64,000 nt of DNA from the human T2T-CHM13v2.0 reference genome, Homo sapiens. The stretch lies in the NCBI RefSeq assembly GCF_009914755.1, contig NC_060942.1; one strand, 5' to 3'. The notes beneath the pieces were generated by a model, which was not told the DNA's origin, did no database searches, and was given only the letters and a program-made list of their open reading frames with translations. Made by a program: the position numbers and the translations under genes. Of the stretch, positions 42,027-54,712 are shown piece after piece; position 1 is the first letter of the stretch; every line of letters begins with the position of its first letter.

Positions 42027-42839
42027 GGCGTAAAGACATTGCTGTGATGTTGGTTTCTGTTTAGAAGTTCATTTCCAGTAAAATCTAGAGAGAGATACAA
42101 CCAAAAAATAGATCTTATTACATGGTTTAACTCTGCTCTATATAATTGAAACCAGAAATATCTACCATACTTGTGGTGGAAAAAAAAATCACTTAGGTGT
42201 AGACATTCTTCTATCCATGCTTCTTTACTTATGATTAGTACCGTACTAATGATTAATAAAAGGTAAGTGAAATGGGAAACTTGGACTTAGGACCATGACG
42301 CTCTATGTGTAGGACCCTGAAGTAAATTCCTAAAGATCATTTAAATGCGCTAGTCATTACCGGCCTCATGATCCAATCATGCTACCAGCCCTTAAGCTCT
42401 GGGTCCAGGGGATTTTCTTTTGCTATCTTAATACTTCTTCACTGAATTCTGAGGGATACTCTTGTCTTTCTCTTTCTTTTTCTCTTTGTATGTTTGGCAA
42501 TTGTTATATTTTCCTATAATTGGAGTCTTGTCTTTAATAGTTGAAAAAATTCCTAAAAGTGGTTTCTTGGAAGTATCCTTCCTTCTGTTATTTTGTTCCT
42601 TTTTATTTTATGTATTTGTCTCTGTGTTTTTATTGTGATCTATTGTAAATAGAGAAATTTATGTATAACTTCAGCTTGTCATCTTGAAACTAGATATTCC
42701 CGTGTTTCTTTTTACTTATTTGCTCTTGAGTGAGTGAAAGTTACATAATAATAATTACTTCTATTGTTATAATTGCTATTTATTTGATGCTGGTTAATAT
42801 CAAATATTATGGTAAAAAAACTGCATGATATAGATTTTA

Positions 42840-42995
42840 TTTCTCACAAGAGTACCATTATTATTATTCCCATTTGGTAGATGATAAAACTAAAGCACAA
42901 AGATATGTTGCTTCCCAAGTTGCAGAGCAACACATTGCAAAACTAAATTATAACATTATAAAAATTACTTGAGAGTCCATGATTTTAGCCATTAT
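42840..42995 (-). mobile_element. MIR
   Basis: attattcccatttggtagatgataaaactaaagcacaaaga core. Confidence 0.7.
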
Positions 42996-43639
42996 ACTAT
43001 AATGTTTCACTATATACACTTTATATATGGCTTTTTATTAACATTATAAACATATAATTGTCAACCATTAAAATTATGTCTGCATAAAAATCTGACTAAT
43101 TTACAAAATATATTGAAAAAGTTACAAAGGGAAGCATCATTCTAGCTTCACTGGGTCTACAGTGTTAATTGTCCTTTCTGTTTGTTTGCCATTGGGGTTC
43201 AGTAAATTTACATAGCAAATAATAATTGGCTCATTATGATGTAAATAGCTATAATAGGGAAAGCCTCTTAATTATTTATAATAAATTACTTTTCTGTTGC
43301 CAGTTTTAAATTAGCAACTGTGTTTAATTACTTAACGATGCCTATGCCATAATGCAAATTCATGCACACAGGACAGATTATTTTATGACCTTTATGTCAT
43401 AGTTATTTTCCTTAACATTGTTAAATTTCCCATTTCTTCATCTTCTTTCTAATCATCCCCCTTATCTTGGTTTCCATTCTCTTGTTTATTTAATTTCTAT
43501 CGCTACTGCCAGAAATTATAAAGGTCATACTTACAGATGATATAAGAAATTGAGCAATTGATATAGTTTGAAACATTAATAGAATCAACTCTAATTCTTA
43601 CTGTCAGCCTCAGTACTGATGATCCTATATTCATTGAGG

Positions 43640-43800
43640 CATTTAATTATTCAAAAACATTAATGGAGCACCAGCAGTATGTGTAAAAAATACTTATAAT
43701 TATTGTGCTAAATGACAATGTGAACATGATGTGGTCTCTATGGTAACATATAACCTAAAGAAGAAACCCTTGTGAAAAATTAATGGCAATATCAGGTAAA
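43640..43800 (-). mobile_element. L2 3' end
   Basis: attcaaaaacattaatggagcacc..gtgaacatgatgtggtctct. Confidence 0.5.
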
Positions 43801-44374
43801 ATGAAATATATGTATTATTCTATTACAGTTAATGTGTAGTGGGACAGAAATGAAAAATGTATTTACTCTGATTGGAGAAAATATGAAACATCAACAGAAA
43901 TATCAAAATTACATAAGAAGACATCTTGTAATTGAGAAAGGGATATTTATGGAGGTAATACCAAGAACATAGCGAGCATGTGAATATGAAAGTACAGTAT
44001 GTCATGTTGATTTCAGCTTGAAGAGTAGATGGGAAAAAATAAAGATAAATTCAGATATTTTTATCCTAATTTAGATTTAAAAAATTTAGATCCCCTTTAT
44101 TACTTTGGCATTTGTTGGTAGAACATTGAGAACTAAAATAATTTTAAGGAAGAATTAAGTTATAGCCTGTCATATATATTTTAACAGAAACTTTCAGTTT
44201 GATTAACAGTGGGCAGTGGATACAAAACTTTTGAATGGAGAAATATTTAATTGGTAATAAAAATAAGCTGAGAAAAAATAGGATTTTTGAGATTTGTGTA
44301 TATTCATTGCTGTATGATGGGCTATGCTGTCAGTTTGGCTTCATTTGCTTGTCAATCACTGTGTGAAAGGTGTA

Positions 44375-44555
44375 ACGCTCAGAGGTTTACATTGACTAAC
44401 CCCTGTGTGCTCAAAACAACTCTGTGAGGACAAAAGAGCAAAAGTAAGCATGGAAAGATTAAACAATTACCTAGTTATATTACTAGGAAATGACATATCT
44501 TGCTTAAAATTCAAGAAATCGGGCTTTAGAATCTGTGATCTTAAACACTGTAGTG
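44375..44555 (-). mobile_element. MIR
   Basis: ctcaaaacaactctgtgagg..ctttagaatctgtgatcttaaacactg. Confidence 0.55.
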
Positions 44556-45009
44556 TGTGACAATGTGCTATGTGCTCTGTAATTAATTATAATATTATAA
44601 TCATAATCTCTATTAGATAAAATTAGAAAACACAGGTGAGCTTTGAGTAAAACTAGCTTTCTACCAACATAAATTTGGTATGATAACTTCTAATTTTTAT
44701 TTATAAAGGTGAGGCATTATAATTATAGAATGCTTAAAATATCTAGAAAAGTAAAAGGGAATATATACAAGTTAATCATTCCTGGAATATAGATGACCAA
44801 ATAAATCCTGATGGTTGCTGCATTAAACTTTACATTTTCTGTACATTATATATATATATATACCTAAGCACATAAGCACATCCATGTTTTGCAAAATGGA
44901 AACAATGTATGTGTCTCTACAGCTTTGTGTTTTCTTTTTATATCTAACAGTATCATATTACCTTTTTTGATCCATTTCTTTTAAAATCTCATTGTGATGT
45001 CAGTACCAT

Positions 45010-45280
45010 TTCTCTCCCTCCTTTTCTCTTCCCTTTCCCTTTCTCTCTCTCTCCCTTCCTTCCTCTTTCCTTTCCATAAATACTTACTGAATGCCTACAC
45101 TGTTTTCATACAAATTTGCTGCAGAGGTACATATGTGAACAAAATCAGAGAAAAACAAAACAAAGTTTTCTATCTGCCTAATATTTTAATTCCATGACAA
45201 TATTTAAGTACACAAATTAAGCAAGTAGATAATTATAAATTTTAATTTGAATAAAGAAAAATAAACAAGGTAATAAGATA
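45010..45280 (-). mobile_element. CT-rich tract followed by L2 3' end
   Basis: ataaatacttactgaatgcctac..gtgaacaaaa. Confidence 0.55.
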
Positions 45281-45899
45281 AATTATTAATTTCTAATCCA
45301 GCTTATATGATAAAATAATACACTTGCAGAATGGCTTTCAGCATTGTTAGTAAATTGATAGAAGTCCCAGACATTTACTTCAGCTATCAGGACAGTTTTA
45401 TCATTCTCCCCTTAATTCTTGAATGGATTCAACTGTAGATCATAATTTAGTTAATACAAAAGTAAGATCAGTTGTGGGAAAATAATATTTTATTAATATC
45501 TAAAAGAGCATTTGATTACACCATGTCAGTGTTTCTCTTCCTTTGTTAGTAACTGTGGATCGTTAACACACCTTATAGCCCTTCACATTTTCAAAGAGCT
45601 GGCAAATTTATTATTTCTTTAATTTTCATATTGCTAGTGGGAAGTAAGCATTACTATTTTCATTAAATTATACAAATCTGAGATTTAAAGAAGTTATTGA
45701 CTTATCGAACCGATAACCAATTATGTACATTATTTTTTTTCTTTCTCTACTGTGGGTCTGTCTACCTAGCTGGAGGAAAAGTTTGTATGCTAGTTCTTCC
45801 CACTTGGAGTACCAATGTCTCACCTTTTCATTGCAGAGTAGTCTGTTTTCTTGGACACAAAAGAGTACCTGGGAAATCTTTGTTAAACAGAAATACGTA

Positions 45900-46217
45900 T
45901 ATATTTTTCAACGTGATTATCAATTTATCCAAATATTTATTCTACTTCAAATGGCATTCCTATCCAAGCTCTTAACTAAATTCTACAACAATCTTATGAC
46001 ATAGATTCTATTGTTATGCTCCTTCTTCAAATAAGATTTCTGGGGCTTAAATTCAAGTAAACTGCTTATTATCTTACAGTTTATTAACAGAGTCAGAACT
46101 CAAACTTTGGTTTCTCTAACCACAGGACCTGAGTCCTTAACATCTCCTGCTGTATTAACAGAGTCAGAACTCAAACTCTGGTTTCCATAGGGTCTGAGTC
46201 CTTAATATCTCCTGCTG
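45900..46217 (-). mobile_element. MIR with tandem duplication of its head region
   Basis: aattctacaacaatcttatg..cagagtcagaactcaaact; 71/65-bp tandem copies at 46082 and 46153. Confidence 0.65.
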
Positions 46218-48463
46218 TAGTTTATCTTTTTTAGCCTCCTGTTTTATAAGTAGTTTAACAATTTGTGCTCATTGTCTCTTCTTGTTAAATGAGCATAATG
46301 TTCACTAACTAGCTTATTCAAGGGAAAAGGTAGTCCTAATGACCATTTTTAAAATGATAAAAACCAAAAATAAACTATGAACAAAATTTATAACTTCAAT
46401 CACTGTAGTAGTAAAAAATGTTCTTATTAAAATGGAAATGCACTTACTAGTTCAAAATATTTTTCAGCAAAGGCCAGAATAACTCTAGAAGATGACAACT
46501 ACTGCTTGCAGCATTGCCAAACATTGATAGGCAGTTGACCTTGAAATCCTTTAATGACTTGAATATTAAGTTTTTCTCTTTTCTCAACATAGCTGTCAGC
46601 AATTCAGTGTAACTTCGTTTCTGTACTAATAATTGATTTAGCATACTTTAAAAAGGCGATGCATTCATACCTAAATATTGATAATGTTTCAATGTAACTT
46701 TCAAGGAGATAAAATATATTCAACTTATCTAAAACATAAATATATTTATTGTAGTGAAAATCTATTTCCTAATTCTTTTACTTCTTCATGCTCCTATTTA
46801 TATAAAATATTTTATAGGCCTTTTAAAACTTATATATAGCCAACCTTAGAAATACAGAGAGGAGAAGGTGAGTTCTGAGAGTAGTTAAACAACTAATTCA
46901 AAGTCATATATTTAAGGCAAAAGAAACACAGGTCTCATAAATTCCTATTCATCTATTCATTCAGATTCAGCTTTCCAGGTCTTAAATATATATGTAGTCT
47001 TTTATTTTACCTTTAAGGGTCATAGCATTTTACTTTCTCAAGATCTACTGAAAATGGCTTGATTCAAAGGTGAATATAATAGTACTGTTTTCATTGAGGA
47101 TTTCAACAATGCAGCAGTCATAAACACAGAGAATCAACATGGTGCTTTAGATGTTTTTCCCCGTCCTTTCAGGTGGTAGTGCCACACTCCTCATGTTTGA
47201 AGGATACAAATTGGCAGACTTTATCCCCATGTCCACACAGCCACAGCAGCATTTGTCATAGCTCCCATCTAAATGTCTTATCAGGGAAGGCATTGGCAGG
47301 GTGTTAAAATACAGCACCGTATGTCAAGAGTTTTATCATTTATGATGATGTATGATAGATCTTTATGGCACATTTATAACAGTCAGGTTATTTTTGACAA
47401 CACAATTGAAAAGTGAATTTCCATCCTTAAACTCTCATATAAAAGGTATCAGCAAAGTCTCTGATCTCTAACAATATAGAGTATCAATTTTTAAACAATA
47501 ATCTTCCATGGAAAACAACATTCAGGCAAAGAAGGGATGCATTTCCTGTTAGGAAAGATTCTAGCAACATGGTCACTAGTGAACTGGAATTTCATTCCTT
47601 TTATAGAGTTTGTTCCATAACAAAATTGGAAGTTGTCTCTTTGGGTTGCACTTTGCCATAAACTTCTGACAAAACAGAGACACCATTCATCCTAGGCCTC
47701 CAGTTGCAATCATCAGGCTTCTAATTCCTTAACTCACTCTGCAGACCACCTGCCAGCCTCAGCTGCTCTGCACCCTTGCCCCTTCCCATGCACATACTAT
47801 GCATCAACGCTATAAACTATCTAGCTAGTGAGTAACTCTGGCCCAAGAAATCCAGCAAATTTCACTGCCGTTCCTGGAGTTTCAATTACAACCTCTCCAA
47901 TGATGTCTGAATTCCATTGCCAGAAAGGAAGCCTCTTCAATTGTATTCCTTCTTTGGAAACTCTTCCTCAGTACTAGAGCAGTCCTTATTGTTCTCTTAA
48001 CACAGATATGTTGTAGGTGGAGTTAAATAATTCTTGTTAGACTATCCCTATTCAATTTGCTGCTTGGTTTCTATCTCCTTTTTGGATCTTGATTGAGGCA
48101 ATAAATAAATAATAACTGATAGAATTGATTAAAGTCTTTTTTTATATTCAATAACTGTTAAATGCTTTATCCAAATTATCTCTACTACTACTATATCCAT
48201 ATTGATATATATAGCCAAAAAGGAAACTGGAGAATTTCAGCATTTTACCAAAGTGATGGATGTGGGGTTATAGTATGGACAACAAAGCTGAGGGACCATG
48301 CTCACAATATTATATACACATATCAACTGTAAGAAATGATATGAAACTGACCTTTTTGAAGTCACAATATTATGTTTCTTTGTTGTTTTTTACACCTATA
48401 GTCATCAGTTAGCATTAGTGTTCATGTTTAACATGTAAAAAGAGACCTACACCACAAATCTTT

Positions 48464-48670
48464 TCTATTTATTTATTTTTTTATTATACTTTAAGTTCTA
48501 GGGTACATGTACAGAATGTACAGTTTTGTTATATAGGTATACACGTGGCATAGTGGTGTGCTGCCCCCATCAACCCGTCACCTACATTAGTTATTTCTCC
48601 TAATGTTATCCCTCACCTAGCCCCGCAAGCCCCAACAGGCCCAGGTTGTTCCCCTCCCTATGTCCATGTG
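48464..48670 (-). mobile_element. L1PA7-like 3' terminus (~200 bp)
   Basis: ttattatactttaagttctagggtacatg..catcaacccgtcacctacattag..tttctcctaatgttatccctc..tgtccatgtg; TSD atcttt at 48458 and 48671. Confidence 0.93.
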
Positions 48671-49879
48671 ATCTTTAGAGGAATTCTACAATATGAAAAA
48701 ATAAACTAGCAATATATACATTAAACTTTTTCTATTGCTGTCTTTTTGAGGCTACAAATAGTGATAATTATTATTTTCTTCATTAGTTGTGAATTGACTA
48801 GACTATGAATATATTCATGCAATCACGTATATTTTCTAGAATGAACTTTGTATGAAATGTACAAATCTGTGATTCAGAAATGCCCTAATGAAAGCTCTGA
48901 AATGTCCTAATATAAACATGAAAGCATATTTTTATATTTACTGTTGTCAAATTTTGATAGGAGTATTTACTTGATCAAATGAACTGCCTCTGACACTACT
49001 TTTGACTAATTTTATTAGTCATAAGATATCCACTTTTTGTTAGACATAGCATATATCCAAACCATTAAGAGAGATAAACAAAGAATAAAACAAAACGAAA
49101 CAAAATCCCAAGTCTATCATTTTGGGAGAAGGTAGGAAAATAAAAATTAAACATCAAATAGGATTTAGAAAGAGCATACAAATATTGCAAAGATAAATTG
49201 AAGAGAGGAGTTAAAATCATACTTACTCCATCACGTGAGATTAATTCCTCTCCTGTGCTTATCTTTATGTGTGACTCTGCCAAACAGTCTATCTCTTTTA
49301 ATTTACATATTTTAATTAGAAAAATGGATCTATTTATAGTCAATTTAAAGTGATTTTAACTTATCTTTTCAAGTTATCTTGGGTAAAAGAAAATAGCTGT
49401 GGTTGGGTAACAGGGGCCTGTGAGTAGGTTCCTAGAGGAAACATCCAACTGTTCAAATAAAGAGAAAAAGGAGTGGTATACCTGTCTACATCATAGCTCA
49501 GCAGTTAGCCCATGAGAATCTTTGCCTTTTATCTGTATTTCTTACTCAGAAGATTTGAGCTGAAATGAGTGTCACTAATGGATGGATAATTAAAGTCAGA
49601 TACATTTGGAATATGCCGTGGGTATTTGTTTGCTATTTATCGGTGCTTTTTTTTTTTCCTTATCTCTTTTATGTCATAAGTTCCACTTGCTTTACCTAAG
49701 TCTAGAATGTCTCATAAGATAATTTGCTTCTAACTTTCTTACATGTTTTAGGCATAATTCTAAATTCTTGAATGCTAAAACAAATGCATGTTAAATCAAT
49801 ATAAAAATAATGTTTCACCAAAAAAGAGAAACAAATCATAAACTTTTATTCACTTAAAAACATAACTGCAAATATTAGT

Positions 49880-50330
49880 ATATAAAATCAAAGTTACAGA
49901 ATTATAAGGAGCTGCCAACAATTTTATAATCATAGGGAAAGATTTTTTTTAACTTTATGTGTACTTGACAAACCGAATAAATAAAATCAATGTAAGGATA
50001 TAGAAAGTTAAATAGAAAAATTTGCAACTTTTATCTGAGGAACATATGTAGAATTTTATCTTAAATTACAAAAATATTATACTCCTTCACATATATAACA
50101 TTGATAAACATAAATCATGTAAAAACTCTCAAAGCAAGTCTCAACAAAAACAACGTAACCGATATTACACAGTCCAAATTCTCTCACACTGCACAGTTAC
50201 ATTTAAAGCAATTCTTATAATTATTTTAGAAAGAAAACATTTGGAAACATAAAACATAGCAGCTTTCAAGATCTCATAATTCAAATAAAACATCAAATAG
50301 AAAAGTTTTATGAATAATTATATGTTCTTA
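49880..50330 (+). mobile_element. Ancient L1 (L1ME-like) ORF2 endonuclease-region fragment
   Basis: ataatcataggga..taaggatatagaa..aaagcaagtctcaacaaa..aaattctctcacac follows the order of L1 EN motifs. Confidence 0.65.
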
Positions 50331-51004
50331 AGTGGATTTAAAGAAACCTAAAGAAATAAGATCTAGACTAAAAGAAAAGAAAATATTTAAACAGTAATAG
50401 CTTATAGCTAGCCAGTCAAATAATAATCTGATCAGGATATTTCCTGTCAAACATAAACAATTTACCAAAATATCAATACTGAAGTCATCCATTATCATAA
50501 TGGATCAAGCCAGTCACCAAAACACTATGCAGTCACAACACTGATCAAGTATGCCTCTACCCTGTCTGACGCGTTTTATTGTTTCCTTTTACTTGTGACA
50601 ACTCTATCCCTGCCACATCCCTTATGCCCCTCTGAATTAAAAAAAAAAAAAAGATTAAGATGATAAATCCTTTGCCTCCTCACAGCATGCAATGGAATAC
50701 ATTCTTCAATTTTCTTGACCTTCCTAAAAAGCAGCTAAGACACTCAAGTTTATTAAACACCAAGACAACATGGTTTCATTTAACACTTTCGTTTGCTTCA
50801 GCAACTTACAAACTTGACATTGACTATAGATGTGTTCTCAATGGTCTTTAAAGACCAAAAGCAAAAATTATGGGGTTCCAAAGACCTGGCCAAAAATTTT
50901 ACTGCCGCAGAACAGTACACTAATTTTGGGAGTGGTGTGAAAATCGGGAACCCCTTGAATCTCCACCTGCTTGACACAATCCTTTCACAGCTATAAAACG
51001 TTTT

Positions 51005-51870
51005 TCCCTTTCTATATAACATAGGATCCTGGAGGAGAAAAATAAAAATAGAGAGAAAATAATTTGATTACCTACAGGCAAGAAATTTTCTGTAATTTAA
51101 ACATCTTAGACCTGAGAGCAAACAAATTCAAAAAGGAGAAACAGGAAAATGTAAATTACATTAAGGAAAATTGTGGTGAATTCCAAACATCATATCTAAA
51201 ATTTTCAGAGAAAAAGAACAGACGACCTACAAAGACAAAAACATGAGCTTGATACCACATTTTTCAAGAACAATGTTGGATAAAAGCACAAATAGAAAAG
51301 TGTTAGGTTGTTTTTTAAAAAGTTTTAGATTCTGGAATTGAATATTCAGCCAAACTGTCATTCAAATATAAGGGCATGTTAAAAATATTTTCTACTAAAT
51401 TAGAAGTATCCAAAATACTTCCCCACAATCACATTGAAAACGTTTTTGATGACATATTTAAGGAAGAGGATATTTAAACTCAGAACATGCCTATAGATAT
51501 TTATCAAATAAAAATTATAAGTATTAGTAAATATTTTGTCATCTTTAAAAGAATAACTAAAGTGAAAAAAAGGAAAATATAGCTGTAACAATTCAGAATT
51601 AAAGGAAATGTAATATTTAGATAAAGTCTATACAACACTGGAATTGTCGTGGGAGAACAAGAGACCTGAGGATGTGCTATAGTTATTTCCTTATTAGGGA
51701 AGGGATATAGACATCATTTAAAATATAATAAAACGTTAATAAGAAACATTAAAAGCAGTTCAAACTGAAATATTATATTTAGTTCTAAAAAAGAGGTCTA
51801 AATTAATAATTTTGAAAAATTAAATGGTTTAAACTCACCAGTTAAAAGATACCTCTCACAGGATACTGAA
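51005..51870 (+). mobile_element. Ancient L1 (L1ME/HAL1-like) ORF1 to start of ORF2 fragment
   Basis: ttcagagaaaaagaacagacgacctacaaag, tattcagccaaactgtcattcaa, aaatggtttaaactcaccagttaaaaga (NGLNSPVKR). Confidence 0.65.
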
Positions 51871-52827
51871 TACTTTCCTGCGGTAATAACTAGATCCAAT
51901 GGGTAAATCATTTTGTATCTCAGAATGCAAAGACAGATTATGGTAATAAGTTATTTAAAGACAAGAATCTCTCTTGGGGAACAAGAGACTAATATTCACT
52001 TTCCTTCCTGTAGACTGCACCAAATTGTCAAATCTAGGTGCAGGTGGACAGAGGACTAGGTCTGTCATATACAGAAAGCCTTTGATGAAGGAAGGAAAAA
52101 ACAAGGAGCTTCTATTAGCTGCACGGATATTCTTCTGTATATCTCTGGAAGTCGCCTCAGTAGAGACAGTCCCCTACCTTCCGATAGTTCCCCAAAACCC
52201 TTTGGCAAAATGCATGGCAGCATAGAATACTTGTGGCTGGTCTGCAAAGAGAGGTATTCAGATTTGTATTGTTTAGGAGGCAAATTGTAAGAGACATTAA
52301 CAGATGTAGGAAAAGACATCTAAAAAATGAATTTATAATTTACTTAAAGTTATGCTATGAACACTAAGCCCAGTTTCTACAAGCAAAGCTGTGATTTAGG
52401 GAATTATGTAGTTGAAGATTTGAACTTTTTCTTGAGAACAAAATGTTTTACAAATAAGCTGTAGAAACGTCACTAGAATGTGGCGGTTGCTGAATAAAAT
52501 ATTTGGATTTCAGAAGCTTGGATACTGAAAGGAGGCCTTTACCAGCTGATTTTTGGAAATATCAGTCTTCACTGGATATTAAACTCTCATTACTGAACTC
52601 TGTACCAGTGAGAAAACTGTGCCGATGAGGTGCTGCCATTAATCACTTAAATTAATTTCAAACCGTTAGTTAATTGTTACTATGGCTATAGAAAAATCAG
52701 TATTTTCTTGGGAGTGTAGAAATGTTTTTTCTAAATTCCTTAGTCTAAATTCTCGCTGATTGGAGGGACAAGTAATACTTAAAAAAATATCACTTTGAAG
52801 ACATACAAAGCCAGAGTAGAACTGAGT

Positions 52828-53358
52828 AGGCTTATTATGTATTACGTCATCCTGAAGCATCTGTTCTGACTAAAGGTGGGATGGTTTATTCCAAAAGGGA
52901 TTATGGTACTAGCTATGTGACAACACCTTGTGGGGCTGAGGTGCTTTCCTACATGTTGTTAGGAAAGCCCATATGTGGCTAGAATTCATGTGTCCAGAAA
53001 GCAAGAAGTGACATGAGAGTGGCTTTCTTACTATTTACCCTAATACACTTAAAAATTTTGGCTTTTAAGTATATATCTCAGTGTCCAAAGAAATACAATG
53101 GATATAACAAATTTCCATTCTATCAGAGGCTGAGATTGTCCTCATGCTACTGTGGCTCTTTGTGCCAACCAACCAGAGAAATTATTGCTGGCTAGGTTGA
53201 CTAATCCAATTTATCTAGGGAAAACAGAATACTACTACCCAGTGTGGTTAGGGAGGGGTACATCTGAAATCAGAGAATTATCTGTGAGTATTCCTACATC
53301 TAATGATCAAAGTTAACGTAAACTTATAGCAACTCAATTCAGGTAGGCCTACTAATTA
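52828..53358 (+). mobile_element. ERVL internal fragment (integrase end plus dUTPase region), degraded
   Basis: catcctgaagcatctg, agaattcatgtgtccagaaagcaagaagtg, gctggctaggttgactaatcc, gatcaaagttaacgtaaacttatagcaactcaattcaggtagg are collinear with recalled ERVL-int. Confidence 0.7.
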
Positions 53359-53424
53359 ATTGCACAGAAGATTAATTGTCTATACACCTGGTTATAGGTT
53401 ACAGTCTGTCAGGCAAAGAAATAA

Positions 53425-53621
53425 AATGCCTTTTATTTCTTTCCCTTTCCTGATTACTCTGGCTAGGACTTCCGGTACTATGATGAATAGGAGTGGTGAG
53501 AGTGGGCATCCTTGTTTTGCTCCAATTCTCAGGGGAAATGCTTTCAGCTTTTGCCCATTCAGTATGATGTTCGTTGTGGATTTGTTATGGATGTCTCATT
53601 ATTTTTAGGTATGTTCCTCCA
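53425..53621 (-). mobile_element. L1P ORF2 (RT region) fragment
   Basis: ctggctaggacttccggtactatgatgaataggagtggtgagagtgggcatccttg..gggaaatgctttcagcttttgcccattcagtatgatg. Confidence 0.9.
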
Positions 53622-54019
53622 AGAGGCTTGATAGAAGAGAAGGAATTATTATTTTTCCAGAGACAACTACAGGCAGGAAATTGATCAGATAGCATAAATG
53701 AAATTCAGATTTTACAGATGAGCTACTGGCTTCTCTGCTTTTGCAGACTGAAAATATTGGTGAAGAAATGTTCTTGAGCAAGTTTTAATTTTAGATGAGC
53801 TCTTGAGAACCATTCGGTCTGGTGATACATAGGGACACTTCACTAACCTTTACTCTTCCAGTCATTTGAATAATCACTTAAGCTTCTAATTTCCTGTACT
53901 GAAAGAAATGTTGATATCTAAATCTGGTTATTTAAATATCTGGAGTGACTTCTATTTTTCTGATATAATACACATTAATAGAAACCCCTATTACTATACT
54001 CACAATTAAAGTAGCATTA

Positions 54020-54435
54020 ACTAAGGAGACATTGCAAATACAAAGACAGAAGTATAAAGGTCCTCAGAGATTACCGCAAACAGCTCAGGATGTGCAAACT
54101 AAAAATTATATAGAGAAAATGGATAAATTGCTGGAAAAACACAACCTTCCAAGATTGAACCAGGAACAAACAAAAATTCTGAATAGACCAGTAATAAATA
54201 ATGAAATTGAATCTAGGTACACAAGGACTCAAAGATGGGAACAATAAACACTCAGGATTTCAAAAGCAAGGAGGAAGTGGCGGGGGGAAGCCTTGAAAAA
54301 CAACCTATCAGATACAATCTCCACTACTTGAGTGACAGGATCATTAGAAGGCCAAACTTCAGCATCACATGATAAATTCTTGTAACAAACCTGCAAATGT
54401 ACCCCTTGAGTCTAAAATTTAAGATAAAATAAAAT
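54020..54435 (+). mobile_element. L1PB/L1PA16-like: ORF2 piece fused directly to 3' UTR
   Basis: atggataaattgctggaaaaacacaaccttccaagattgaaccagg..gaaattgaatc joined to caaagatgggaacaataaacact..gtaacaaacctgcaaatgtacccc..aaaataaaa. Confidence 0.85.
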
Positions 54436-54657
54436 GACACTAAGAATTGCATCAATGATTAGATTATACCTTTTTACTACTAGACTATGTCTTGCCTTGT
54501 CTTCCTATTACTGTATACATTGAGCATCTTTCAAACTAAAAATTAAAGATAGATTGCATATTGCAAATATGTGCACATGTTTTTATAGAATAGAATGTAC
54601 TCTAAATCATTTGATAATTCTACTAGTAATGAAGCTTGTTTAGTTATGTTTGCATTA

Positions 54658-54712
54658 TATAGATAGATGGATGAATAGATAGGTACATAGATGATAGATA
54701 GATACATAGAGG
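54658..54712. repeat. Degenerate (GATA)n
   Basis: Direct reading. Confidence 0.7.

Noticed and set aside
47540-48100. Possible old ERVL-type LTR ending ggtttctatctcc..gattgaggca
   Set aside because: Only the terminus is suggestive; family and boundaries could not be supported.
50660-51022. Three overlapping 63-74 aa ORFs in unique-looking DNA as a possible processed pseudogene
   Set aside because: No recognisable protein, poly(A) tail or TSD.
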